Source of the DNA: Candidatus Beckwithbacteria bacterium GW2011_GWC1_49_16
Lineage (GTDB): Bacteria > Patescibacteriota > Microgenomatia > UBA1400 > CG1-02-47-37
DNA: 64,000 nucleotides
NCBI GenBank assembly: GCA_001029675.1
Contig: CP011210.1
Span: 948,891-1,012,890 of the forward strand
Reading direction: 5' to 3'
Shown here: positions 54,932 through 63,997 of the stretch, one piece after another
How the letters are laid out: every line of letters starts with the position of its first letter
Numbering within the stretch: position 1 is the first letter of the stretch
The notes under the pieces: model-generated
The model's input: only the letters and a program-made list of their open reading frames with translations
What the model was told of the DNA's origin: nothing
Database searches by the model: none
Made by a program: the position numbers and the translations under genes

Positions 54932-55643
54932 GTTCAGGCTTGGGCTTGTCGGCGGGTTTTTCTTCCTCTTTCTTCTCCCCTTCTTTTTCAGCCTCGCCTT
55001 CGGCGGGAGCGGTTTCTGCCTCGGCGGCGGCTTCGCCTTCTGCCGGAGCGGCCTCGACGGGTTTTTCTTCCTCTTTAGCCGGTTCTTCGATCTGGACGAC
55101 AATCTCCTCTGGGTTTTCGGTAACCAGTTTGACTTTGGCGGCGTCAACTTTGATGTCTTTTAAGGTCAAGCCCTGGCCGATTTCTTCAAGGGTAGAAACG
55201 TCTAAAACAAATTTATCAGGCAAATCGGTAGGCAGGGCTTCGACTTCGATCTCGTCTAAGACTTGAACCAGCACCCCACCCTTGTTGACTCCGGGGGCTT
55301 CGCCGGTTAATTCAATAGGAATATCGACGGTGACTTTCTTGGTCAGGTCGACCTGGTGGAAGTCAACGTGCAACAGTTCGTCGGTGACGGGGTGAAGGTG
55401 GACGTTGTGGATCAAAGCCGGACGGGCCTTGGTTTCTTTGTCGACCTTGAGTTCAATAATGCCGGTCTCCCCTGCCTGATCAAAGGCGGCTTTGAAGTCC
55501 TTGGCGGGCACCTGGACAGCCAAAGATTTAACGTCCTTGCCGTAGATGTTGCCGGGCAACACCCCCTCGCGGCGGAGCTTTTTAACTTTTCTACCGGTAA
55601 GGTCTCTTTTTATGACGGAAAGCTTGATTTTATCAGTGGCCAT
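54915..55643 (-). CDS. rplY: 50S ribosomal protein L25 / general stress protein Ctc, with an acidic/Lys-rich C-terminal tail
   Basis: ...VIKRDLTGRKVKKLRREGVLPGNIYG... is the L25 signature; a ~60-aa E/A/K/P-rich low-complexity tail follows. Confidence 0.8.
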   Translation of the reverse strand: MATDKIKLSVIKRDLTGRKVKKLRREGVLPGNIYGKDVKSLAVQVPAKDFKAAFDQAGETGIIELKVDKETKARPALIHNVHLHPVTDELLHVDFHQVDLTKKVTVDIPIELTGEAPGVNKGGVLVQVLDEIEVEALPTDLPDKFVLDVSTLEEIGQGLTLKDIKVDAAKVKLVTENPEEIVVQIEEPAKEEEKPVEAAPAEGEAAAEAETAPAEGEAEKEGEKKEEEKPADKPKPEPKKEK

Positions 55644-55670
55644 GATTCACGCATGGTAGCACATTTCCTT

Positions 55671-58600
55671 TTACTTCTCAATAAAGTCGACGGTGAAGAC
55701 ACGGTCGTAGGAAAGATCGGACTCGAAGGTGGTTACTTGGGCAGAAGTGAGGGCCCGGGGAGAAGTGGAGGTGGCTAGTAAGAAAGATGGATGGTTGACG
55801 ATGACCTTGACCGGATCGGCGATGATGCCCGGCTGCTTGGGAATGACGACCGCCAGTTTGCCCTCGCGCGACCCCTCTTGGGGAGCGGTAGCCAGCTTAC
55901 CCGGCAAGCGGTAGGTCATCTCCACCGCCAAGGTGTGCTTGACCGGAACGGTAACGGGGAAGCCTAAAACGAGTTTGTCACCCACCTGGGAGGCATCGAT
56001 GTCGGCCTCGGGGTCAAGCTTGGTCTCGCCTACTTTGACCGAGATGACTCGCGAACCGGCGGGAATGTAAGCTCTTAAATAGCTTCGGTAATTTCCTCCG
56101 GGCCAGGCGTCCGCCGGGCTTTGGTTTTGGTAGGTAATGGTAGCAGTAGATAGAATTTCCTTAGTCTTTAGAATGGTCAGCTGGTATTCCAGCTCTCGGT
56201 TTAAGAAGTAGTTGGCTTTATTGATGCCCAAGTTGGCCTCGACGGGATAAAAGTAGTCGACGATCGGGGCGGGGTTGGCGGCGATTAAGGGGGCATAGAG
56301 AGCGCCGGCCCAGTTTTGTTCTAAAAGAATTTTTTGGCTGCCCTCGTCGTGGAGATTGAGAAGAATTTGTTTTTGGGTCATGGCGGTTTCGAGGGCTTGG
56401 GTAAACTGGAGTAGTTCGCCGGCAGAGGCGTTTTGGGCTCGGTCGAAAAGTTCACGGGCAAGAGACCCCAAAAAGTCTTTCTTTTGAGTTGAGCCGGGGA
56501 AAAAGTCGATTTCAGTGCGGTATTCGGCACGCTCAAACAAGTTGGTGGCGGTGATTTCCTCGTTGAAGTCGGGCAGTTTAACCGGGCCGGTGACTTTAAG
56601 AAATTCTCTGGCGGCCGGGAGGTTGACGGCGATCACCCCATCGACGTTTCTGCCGGTGGATTTGTTGAGAAACCACTCGGCGCGGGGGCCGGAGACGGTA
56701 AAATCGGGGTCCCAGTTCGAGTCCCTAAAAAACCACGAGTTCTGGCCTAAAAACTCCTTGAGGGGTTCGGGGGGTTCGACAAAACCAGACAGCTGGCCGT
56801 CGGCGGCGTAGATGTCTTCGACAGTGAAGTCTAAAAGCTTCCCTTTTTCAAAGGTGAGTAAACCATAGGAACCGATGAATCCCCCTGTAGGACGGATCTC
56901 GGCGTTGTTTTGAAACAAAATTAGGTAGGTTTTTTTGGAGTTTTGAGCGATTAGATCGGGAACCAACGGCAGCATCACCCGAGCCTGGTTGACTTTTTGG
57001 CGAATGGCGGGAAAGTCGGTGGTCAACTGGTGGAGTTTTTGGCTTAAAGGAGTAGACAGGTTCAGACTCAACTGCCTGCCGCTTTGGAGTTCGGACTCAA
57101 CAAAAGAGAGTTCGGAGTAGGCTTGGTCGAGGTTAACCTTGATACGATTTAGGGCTAAATCGAGGTTGCCGTCTTGGTGCTTGAGGACGATTGAGGCTAA
57201 CAAGGTACCGTCTTGGGCGGCGGCGGCTAGGTGGAGAGTCCCCTGGCTTAGTTTGCCGCCGATGAACAGGAGTTGATCAAGGTTGGTAGCCAACTCCCCT
57301 GCCCCAACTGCGCTTAAGACCGCGTGGCGGCTTCGCAGTAACCGGCGGGAAGATTGAAAGTGTCTGTCGGCCGAGGTGGTGAGTTTTTCCAGTCGGTCCA
57401 GGTGGGTAAGGTCGGTCGATGAGGCAGCCTGGTTTAAGTAACTGACACCCAAAAGGGTATGGCCTATCATTAAAACCAGGGGTCCGAGGACAAGAACCAG
57501 GGCGAGAGCGAGGGTGAGGACGGCGGTTTTGGTCCGACGAGAAAGTTTGCTGAAGCCGGGAAATTGGGGAAGCTTGGGAAGTTTGGAAAGTTTGGGATGT
57601 TTGGGAAGTTTGAATTTAGGCAAGGCCGGAAACTTAGGTATAGTAATATTTTTTTTGGGAGCATCGGGGAAGGCTGGCTTAATCCCCAACTCTTCCAAAG
57701 AAAGCTGGTCTTCCCGGCGGGGTGTTTCTGGGGGGGGTGGTTGTTTAATTTCTTCAGGTAGTTTGGCCTGGCCGCTTTGGAGCCATTCTAAGGTGCGGGT
57801 AATCCCCTCTTCAAGGTCTACCTTGGATGTCCAACCTAGGTTTTGTTGAGAATTTAAGGTTTCCTTAGGAAGGCTCATTGGGCCGAGAGTGTCTTCGCCT
57901 TTGACGAAGTCAATTTTCAAACCCTTGTCGGCTAAAACCTCTTTGATTTTGTAGGCCACGTTTAGAAGAGTAATTTTCTCCGGATTTAGCAGGGTGTAGA
58001 TCTCGCCGGTGGAGCTTTGGGTGAACATGGCCTTGGTGAGGCCGTAGACGATATCGGATACAAAAGTGGGGTAAAGAGGGGTGAGGCCGTTGCCGGGGAT
58101 TTCCAGGGTATCTCCCTTTTTGGCGGCAAGAAAGAGTTTGGCCAGACCGGTGCCGGTGGCAAGATCCATGCGGGGGCCGTAGACGTGGGCGAGGCGGACG
58201 ACGCGGGCGTCAAGCTGGTGGCGGTTGACGTATTCAAAAGTTAGAGCCTCGCTGAAACGCTTGGCTTCGTGGTGAGAATAGAGTTCTTGGGCGACGTGGT
58301 CGGAGCCAAAATAATGAGTCAAGTCGCTAGTGGCGAGGCGAGCGGAAAAAATATCGGTGGTGGAGGCGAGAAGAAACTTAGCTTGGTGTTTTTTGGCTAT
58401 TTCTAAAAGCTCGCGGCTGCCCAGGGAGTTGACCAAAAGCGTGTCCAGGCTGACGTCGAGGCCATTGACATAGGCTTCGATGCCGGCCAAGTGAAAGACG
58501 TAGTCGACCTGGGGCAGATTGGTTTTTAAAGGTTTGTTTAGGTCGTGCTCAAAAAAAACAAAGTTCTTTTGGTCAAGCAAGTGGTTGAGGTTTTGTTTTT

Positions 58601-58769
58601 TGCCGCTTAAAAAATTGTCGATGCCATAGACCAAACAGTTTTGCAAAATTAAAGCGTCGCAGAGATGGGAGCCAATAAAGCCGGCGGCGCCGGCGACCAG
58701 GGCGGTGGGGAGGTGAGAAGACGACTTAACTTGTTGGACAGATTTTTTGGCAGGCATAGCTTGAACCAA
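55671..58769 (-). CDS. Fusion protein: N-terminal NAD-dependent epimerase/dehydratase (SDR), central TM and KLPKLP-repeat linker, C-terminal DUF4012-like domain
   Basis: GAAGFIGSHL Rossmann motif; KFPALPKFKLPKHPKLSKLPKLPQFPGF repeats; ...PTGGFIGSYGLL... in the C-terminal half. Confidence 0.55.
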   Translation of the reverse strand: MVQAMPAKKSVQQVKSSSHLPTALVAGAAGFIGSHLCDALILQNCLVYGIDNFLSGKKQNLNHLLDQKNFVFFEHDLNKPLKTNLPQVDYVFHLAGIEAYVNGLDVSLDTLLVNSLGSRELLEIAKKHQAKFLLASTTDIFSARLATSDLTHYFGSDHVAQELYSHHEAKRFSEALTFEYVNRHQLDARVVRLAHVYGPRMDLATGTGLAKLFLAAKKGDTLEIPGNGLTPLYPTFVSDIVYGLTKAMFTQSSTGEIYTLLNPEKITLLNVAYKIKEVLADKGLKIDFVKGEDTLGPMSLPKETLNSQQNLGWTSKVDLEEGITRTLEWLQSGQAKLPEEIKQPPPPETPRREDQLSLEELGIKPAFPDAPKKNITIPKFPALPKFKLPKHPKLSKLPKLPQFPGFSKLSRRTKTAVLTLALALVLVLGPLVLMIGHTLLGVSYLNQAASSTDLTHLDRLEKLTTSADRHFQSSRRLLRSRHAVLSAVGAGELATNLDQLLFIGGKLSQGTLHLAAAAQDGTLLASIVLKHQDGNLDLALNRIKVNLDQAYSELSFVESELQSGRQLSLNLSTPLSQKLHQLTTDFPAIRQKVNQARVMLPLVPDLIAQNSKKTYLILFQNNAEIRPTGGFIGSYGLLTFEKGKLLDFTVEDIYAADGQLSGFVEPPEPLKEFLGQNSWFFRDSNWDPDFTVSGPRAEWFLNKSTGRNVDGVIAVNLPAAREFLKVTGPVKLPDFNEEITATNLFERAEYRTEIDFFPGSTQKKDFLGSLARELFDRAQNASAGELLQFTQALETAMTQKQILLNLHDEGSQKILLEQNWAGALYAPLIAANPAPIVDYFYPVEANLGINKANYFLNRELEYQLTILKTKEILSTATITYQNQSPADAWPGGNYRSYLRAYIPAGSRVISVKVGETKLDPEADIDASQVGDKLVLGFPVTVPVKHTLAVEMTYRLPGKLATAPQEGSREGKLAVVIPKQPGIIADPVKVIVNHPSFLLATSTSPRALTSAQVTTFESDLSYDRVFTVDFIEK

Positions 58770-58862
58770 TTCATGTTACTTGATAAACGGCCTGGCGGCA
58801 ACTCTGTACTGCGGTAAATCCGAAGCTTTGTCTTCGGTCACTTTACTCTGGAAATTCGGGGT

Positions 58863-59288
58863 TTAAACTTCGTCCAAGGCCTGGTTGACCAGTAAATCGG
58901 CTTCGAAGTTTTTGGCGCGGGGAATGGCGGTATAAGAAACAGCAAGGCCGAGTTTACCTTCAAGCTCCCTGACTTCAATGACTTTTTGGCGCAAGGAAGC
59001 GTCTTTAACTTTCCAGTTGCCGTTTAATTGGTTGACGACTAGGGTGGAATCCAAAAAAAATTTACAATTTTTGAATTTAGATTTTCGAATTGTTTCCCGG
59101 TGACTGGTCAACCACTCCAGGGCGACGATGACGGCTTGGTACTCGGCTTGGTTGTTGGTGGTTTTGCCGATATATTTGCCAAACCGGTGGAGGGTTTTTT
59201 GGTTTTGATCTTTGATGACGACGCCGGTGGCGGCTGGGCCGGGGTTGCCGCGGGCACCGCCGTCAACAAAGATATTAAGATTGTTCAT
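58863..59288 (-). CDS. rnhA: Ribonuclease HI
   Basis: ...IFVDGGARGNPGPAATGVV...TNNQAEYQAVIVALEW... Confidence 0.85.
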   Translation of the reverse strand: MNNLNIFVDGGARGNPGPAATGVVIKDQNQKTLHRFGKYIGKTTNNQAEYQAVIVALEWLTSHRETIRKSKFKNCKFFLDSTLVVNQLNGNWKVKDASLRQKVIEVRELEGKLGLAVSYTAIPRAKNFEADLLVNQALDEV

Positions 59289-59739
59289 CGGCCAAGCGAA
59301 CTATCAGGTGGCGGTTTTTACCCTCGCCTTGGGACTCGGTGGTGACTTCGGGGGTAGCACTTAAAAACTGGTGGATGAGGCGGCGCTCGTAGGGGTTTAA
59401 GTTAAAAAGAGCAATGGGCTCGCCGGAGTAGATGACTTTCTCGGCGGTGGCCTGGGCCATTTGCTCTAAGTCTTGGGACCTTTTTTGGCGGTAGTCGCCG
59501 ACGTTAACGACCACTTTGACCCACTGGCCTTGATCTTTATAAAGGAGCAGGCCCAAAATCAGCTGGAGGGCGGAAATAGTTTCGCCGTGGTAGCCGATGA
59601 GCACCCCCGCGTCCTCATCGGAGGCAACGATGTCGACTTGATAGCCATCGTCCGGGTTCTTTTTAACACTGATTTTTTCCGGCTTGATGTCCAGGTGGTC
59701 AAGAAGGTCGCCAAGGAGAGATTTAATTTTTTTGTCCAT
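59275..59739 (-). CDS. khpB: Jag/KhpB RNA-binding protein (KH and R3H domains)
   Basis: ...GYHGETISALQLI... KH motif and ...ERRLIHQFL... R3H motif. Confidence 0.8.
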   Translation of the reverse strand: MDKKIKSLLGDLLDHLDIKPEKISVKKNPDDGYQVDIVASDEDAGVLIGYHGETISALQLILGLLLYKDQGQWVKVVVNVGDYRQKRSQDLEQMAQATAEKVIYSGEPIALFNLNPYERRLIHQFLSATPEVTTESQGEGKNRHLIVRLADEQS

Positions 59740-60511
59740 TTTTTAGTCTCATCTGCTGGATAAGCATAAAGATAGAAAAGGTTAGCCAGTATAGTACCAG
59801 GCCCGAAGGAAAACGCAAGCCGACAAACAGGGTCATGATGGGAAAGAGATAAAGCATCTGTTCCTGCATGGCGGCGGCGATGTCGTCGGATTTGGCTTCG
59901 GTCTTTTTGGCTTTGGCCTGGGTGCCCTTGGTGGCGGTGAGCATTAAACGAGAGGAAAAGAATTGGATGATGGCGGCGGCGATCAAAAAGGGGCCGGGGA
60001 GGCTAGAAAACTTTATCGGCCCGAGGTTAACTTGGGGGACAGGAATTAAGTCGGGGCGGGTGAGGTCAAGGTAGAAAAATTTAGAGTTGATGGTGGCGTC
60101 GGCGGCCAGTTTTAGGGGTTGATAAAGCAGTTGGTTTAAGCTGTCGACGACGTTGCCGCCATTTTGGAGGACTTGGTTAAAAGCTTGAAAAAGGGCGATA
60201 AGGATGACGATTTGGACGATTTGGGGTAAGCAGCCGGCGGCGGGGTTGACGCCTTCTTTTTGGTAGAACTTTAGTTGGGCCTGGGCGAAGGCTTGGCGGT
60301 CTTGGCCGTATTTTTCTTTGAGTTTGGCCAGTTCCGGCTGAAGCTCTTTTAACTTTTGGGCGGATTTAATCGACGGAGCGGTTAAGGGGTTTAAAGCGCC
60401 TCTAATGACGGCGGTCAGGCCGATGATCGCCAGGCCTAAATTTTGGCCTAAAACCTGGTAGAAGAAAATCAGGGCATTGACCAGCGGCTGGAAAAAAATA
60501 AGTTTCCACAT
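59723..60511 (-). CDS. yidC: Membrane protein insertase YidC (short form)
   Basis: ...AIIGLTAVIRGALNPLT... and the typical 5-TM arrangement. Confidence 0.85.
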   Translation of the reverse strand: MWKLIFFQPLVNALIFFYQVLGQNLGLAIIGLTAVIRGALNPLTAPSIKSAQKLKELQPELAKLKEKYGQDRQAFAQAQLKFYQKEGVNPAAGCLPQIVQIVILIALFQAFNQVLQNGGNVVDSLNQLLYQPLKLAADATINSKFFYLDLTRPDLIPVPQVNLGPIKFSSLPGPFLIAAAIIQFFSSRLMLTATKGTQAKAKKTEAKSDDIAAAMQEQMLYLFPIMTLFVGLRFPSGLVLYWLTFSIFMLIQQMRLKNGQKN

Positions 60512-60515
60512 AGTG

Positions 60516-60728
60516 TTATTTTAATGGGTCGGAGCCTCCGGCTGACCAGGGGTGACAGCGAACTATTCGCCTCAGCCCGAACCACGAACCTTTTAATATA
60601 CCATACTTTTTGATGGCCTCATAAGAGTATTGGCTGCAGCTGGGAGTAAACCTACAGCCGCCTTCGACCAGATGAAACCAGCGGTTTTTTTGGTATGTCT
60701 TAATCAGCTTTAAAATGAGGCGCTTCAT
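60516..60728 (-). CDS. yidD: Membrane protein insertion efficiency factor YidD
   Basis: ...[19 protein letters not shown]... Confidence 0.8.
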   Translation of the reverse strand: MKRLILKLIKTYQKNRWFHLVEGGCRFTPSCSQYSYEAIKKYGILKGSWFGLRRIVRCHPWSAGGSDPLK

Positions 60729-60984
60729 AAACTAAAAACAAATAATCTTTTCCGGGCTCATAAGCTCCTATTTGCTTTTCAATTGCTATCATGGTTTGTC
60801 GTTTCATGTTGTTGCGCTGGACGGCGCCGCGAGCTGCCTTTTTGGTGATGACTACGCCGAAACGGGGGCGGTCCAAGTGGTTTGCCGCGGCCTTGACGGT
60901 TAGCCCGGGCTCGCGTTTAACCACCGGCGCTGACAGCAGTTGTCTAACGCGGTAGCCGGGGAGGCGGTGAACTCGGGGAAGCAT
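60700..60984 (-). CDS. rnpA: Ribonuclease P protein component
   Basis: Basic ~94-aa protein, ...RLGVVITKK-like [22 protein letters not shown]. Confidence 0.8.
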   Translation of the reverse strand: MLPRVHRLPGYRVRQLLSAPVVKREPGLTVKAAANHLDRPRFGVVITKKAARGAVQRNNMKRQTMIAIEKQIGAYEPGKDYLFLVYEAPHFKAD

Positions 60985-61024
60985 AACAAAATTTCTAATT
61001 TCTAATTAACCTAAGTGCTATCGG

Positions 61025-61162
61025 TTATACCGCCAACCTCTGGCGTTTTTTGGCGCGGCGGCGCGCCAGCACCTTTCTGCCGGCGGCTGTGCTTTGTTTT
61101 TTTCTAAAGCCGTAGCGGCGGCTGCGGCGGCGCTTGGAGGGTTGATAAGTGCGTTTAGGCAT
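61025..61162 (-). CDS. rpmH: 50S ribosomal protein L34
   Basis: Translated by hand: [45 protein letters not shown]. It is below the ORF-track size cut-off. Confidence 0.85.
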   Translation of the reverse strand: MPKRTYQPSKRRRSRRYGFRKKQSTAAGRKVLARRRAKKRQRLAV

Positions 61163-61199
61163 AATTTAGCCAAGTATATATTACTTTGCTTTTCCCAAC

Positions 61200-61212
61200 A
61201 AGGTCCGACCTT
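61200..61212. repeat. Solo 13-mer AAGGTCCGACCTT in the rpmH–dnaA intergenic (origin-proximal) region
   Basis: Exact match; it lies ~37 bp from a perfect DnaA box. Confidence 0.7.
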
Positions 61213-61248
61213 GTTGTTAATTTTCGTGTATTGTTGGTGTTGACGGGG

Positions 61249-61257
61249 TGTGGATAA
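61249..61257 (-). promoter_or_regulatory. Perfect DnaA box (TTATCCACA) upstream of dnaA
   Basis: The plus strand reads tgtggataa. Confidence 0.5.
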
Positions 61258-61292
61258 GTGGGTATGGTGGTAATACTCCTGCCTAATGTAAC

Positions 61293-62696
61293 ATGAATAA
61301 TGAGTCGTTGTGGTCGGCGGTGAGAAGCGAGCTTGAGTTAAACTTGTCGCCGGGAAACTTTGCTACTTGGATTGCGCCTCTGGCGCTTTTATCGCTTAAA
61401 GAAAGCGGTGGTAAGTCAATATTGACGATCGCCTGCCCGTCGGTGTTTCATAAAAACCAGATTAGCGAGCGGTATTTGGGCCAGATAGCGGCAGTGGCGG
61501 AAAAGGCATTAAAGAAAAAGTGTGAGATTAAACTAGCGGTGAAGCAGCGGGCGGTAAAGCAAAAAAAGGGCCGGCGGGGGAGCGGTGAGGGCGAAGATTT
61601 GTTTTCGGTAGACATAGCCAAAATGGAAAGGGAGGCTTATCTTGAGGCGGCGGCCAGGGTGGGCTTGTCTGCCGCGCTGACTTTCAAAAACTTTGCCGTC
61701 TCCGGCTCCAACGAGGTGGCTCACGCGGCGGCGAGAACTGCGGCCAAAAGCCCGGGGCAAGTGTATCGGCTCGTCTTTGTTTATGGCGGGGTGGGGGTGG
61801 GCAAAACCCACCTGATGCAAGCGGTGGGGCACGAGATTCTAGCCAAAAACCCTGACGCGGCGGTGGTGTATTGCACCGGCGAGGAATTTACCAACGAGAT
61901 CATTGAAGCGATCAGAAATAAAACCACGGCCAACTTTCGCCACAAGTACCGCCAGGCTAGGGTGCTACTTTTAGATGACGTCCAGTTTATCGGAGGAAAA
62001 GAAACGGTTCAGGAAGAGTTTTTCCACACTTTTAACGCGGTCCATAAAGAGGGGGGCCAGGTGGTTTTGACCAGCGATCGGCTGCCAAATGAAATCGCCG
62101 GGCTTGAGGATAGGCTTAGGTCGCGGTTTGAGGGGGGGCTGACGGTAGATATCCAACCGCCGGGGTTTGAGTTGAGGACGGCAATTTTACTGATTAAGGC
62201 CCAGCAGCTCAATATGGAACTGCCAATGAGGGTGGCCCAGGTGGTGGCGGCCAACGTAGAATCAACCCGAAAACTTGAGGGGGTGCTTCTAAGGCTTAGC
62301 GGAGAACAGGTGGCTAAAAAAGAGGCCCTGACCGAAGAGCTGGCGATGGCGCTACTTAATAAAATCAACGGCGAGACGGTAAGACTTAAAAGCCGGGTGA
62401 CGGCGACGCAGGTGGTGCGCCTGGTGGCGGAATACTACCAGCTAAAGACTACCGACATTCGGGGAGAACGACGGCTTAAAACGGTGGCCTTGCCGCGGCA
62501 GGTCGTGATGTACCTTTTGCGTAAGGAGCTGCGGCTGTCTTTGAAAGAAGTGGGTCGGGTTTTGGGCGGAAGGGACCATTCGACGGTGCTTCACGGACAA
62601 GAAAAAGTCTCCCGGCTTCTTTCCGAGTCGGAAGATTTGCGCCTCGATGTTATCAACATTAGAAAGCAAATTTATCAAAACAGGGGAAAGGTTTAA
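61293..62696 (+). CDS. dnaA: Chromosomal replication initiator DnaA
   Basis: AAA+ Walker A GGVGVGKTHL and the C-terminal DNA-binding domain. Confidence 0.95.
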   Translation: MNNESLWSAVRSELELNLSPGNFATWIAPLALLSLKESGGKSILTIACPSVFHKNQISERYLGQIAAVAEKALKKKCEIKLAVKQRAVKQKKGRRGSGEGEDLFSVDIAKMEREAYLEAAARVGLSAALTFKNFAVSGSNEVAHAAARTAAKSPGQVYRLVFVYGGVGVGKTHLMQAVGHEILAKNPDAAVVYCTGEEFTNEIIEAIRNKTTANFRHKYRQARVLLLDDVQFIGGKETVQEEFFHTFNAVHKEGGQVVLTSDRLPNEIAGLEDRLRSRFEGGLTVDIQPPGFELRTAILLIKAQQLNMELPMRVAQVVAANVESTRKLEGVLLRLSGEQVAKKEALTEELAMALLNKINGETVRLKSRVTATQVVRLVAEYYQLKTTDIRGERRLKTVALPRQVVMYLLRKELRLSLKEVGRVLGGRDHSTVLHGQEKVSRLLSESEDLRLDVINIRKQIYQNRGKV

Positions 62697-62700
62697 TGAG

Positions 62701-62870
62701 TTGTCCACTGTTTTTAGGTTATCAACAAGATATTCACAAAAACATCCACCGCCGGAGCGGGGGTTATCAACAGGAAAAAAAGGCAAAGATTTTAGGGGAA
62801 AAATCGATTATAATGAACATATCAAAGCCGCCTACTAAAACTACTACTAATACTAAATAATTGTAGGAGA
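62701..62870. promoter_or_regulatory. Putative oriC: cluster of DnaA-box-like 9-mers followed by an AT-rich tract in the dnaA–dnaN spacer
   Basis: TTGTCCACT (62701), TTATCAACA (62719), ATATTCACA (62730), TTATCAACA (62764), then ...ctactaaaactactactaatactaaataatt... Confidence 0.45.
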
Positions 62871-62875
62871 AGAGA

Positions 62876-63997
62876 ATGAAACTATCCATACTTCAGGAGA
62901 ATTTGGCCCACGGGGTAACTGCAGTAAGCCGGGCGGTAGCCGCCAAAGCGCAATTGCCGGTTTTGGCTAACATTTTATTGGCCACAGAAGGAGGAAAACT
63001 TAAACTTTCGGCGACAAACCTAGAAACAGGAATTACCGTTTGGCTTAACGCCAAGGTGGAGAGAGCAGGCAAAGTGACGGTGCCGGGGAGGGTTTTTGGG
63101 GAGCTGGTGACCAGCTTGCCGCAGGAGGCGGTGGAACTAACAGTATCGGAAGAAAAGGTTCAGGTAAAAAGCGGCGCTTACCGCGCGACGGTTAATGGGA
63201 TTAGTGCCGAGGAGTTTCCGGAGGTGCCGACCCTAGCCGGCAAGAAAGCGGCGGGAGAGTTGGGGCTTGATGGGGCGGCTTTATCGGAGGCGGTCAGCCT
63301 GGTGGCGTTTGCGGCGGGGACAGATGAGGCCAGGCCGATATTTACCGGAGTAAAAATGGAGTTTAGCAAAAAAGGCCTGCGGCTGGCGGCGACCGACGGC
63401 TATCGCTTGAGCGTTAAAAGCTTGCCCGGGTCAAAAATTAAAGGAGCGGGCAAAGAGATGGTGGTGCCGGCCAGAGCCCTAACCGAGCTAACCAAGATGC
63501 TTAAAGATGAGGAGGGGGAGGAAGTGCGGCTGGCGGCGACCGACAAGGAAAAGCAGCTGATTATGAGTCTTGATGGGGTGGAGGTGGTGACCAGATTACT
63601 CGAGGGTGATTTTCCGGACTTTGACAAGATCGTTCCAGGCAGCAGCAAAACCAAGCTGGAGCTGGAAACGGAAGAATTACACCAGGCGGTCAGAGCCGCG
63701 GCGATTTTTGCCCGAGACAGCGCCAACATTGTCAAGTTTAAGATAGAAAAAGACAAGCTGACGGTGACGGCCAACGCGCCCCAGGTGGGCGAAAACGAAA
63801 TAGGCGTGGCGATTAAAAAAACGGGCGAGGACAGCGAGGTGGCGTTTAACAGCCGCTACTTACTGGAAATGTTGTCGGCGGTGACGGCGGAGAGGTTGGG
63901 GTTGGAGCTGTCAGGGCCGCTTTCACCAGGGATGTTTCGGGCGGCGGGGGACGACTCCTGGCTTCATATCATCATGCCGGTGAGGGTGCAGGGGTAG
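62876..63997 (+). CDS. dnaN: DNA polymerase III beta sliding clamp
   Basis: MKLSILQENLAHGV... and three-domain length (373 aa). Confidence 0.9.
   Translation: MKLSILQENLAHGVTAVSRAVAAKAQLPVLANILLATEGGKLKLSATNLETGITVWLNAKVERAGKVTVPGRVFGELVTSLPQEAVELTVSEEKVQVKSGAYRATVNGISAEEFPEVPTLAGKKAAGELGLDGAALSEAVSLVAFAAGTDEARPIFTGVKMEFSKKGLRLAATDGYRLSVKSLPGSKIKGAGKEMVVPARALTELTKMLKDEEGEEVRLAATDKEKQLIMSLDGVEVVTRLLEGDFPDFDKIVPGSSKTKLELETEELHQAVRAAAIFARDSANIVKFKIEKDKLTVTANAPQVGENEIGVAIKKTGEDSEVAFNSRYLLEMLSAVTAERLGLELSGPLSPGMFRAAGDDSWLHIIMPVRVQG

Noticed and set aside
54915-55163. Plus-strand ORF 54858-55163 and minus ORF 54815-55147 overlapping the rplY 3' end
   Set aside because: These are low-complexity translations of the E/K/A/P-rich tail-coding region of L25.
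60517-60529. 13-mer ttaatgggtcgga shared between the yidD 3' end and palindromic repeat copy c
   Set aside because: Chance matches between arbitrary pairs of 13-mers are expected at this window size (~10^2 pairs). It does not contain the full AAGGTC[N]GACCTT signature.
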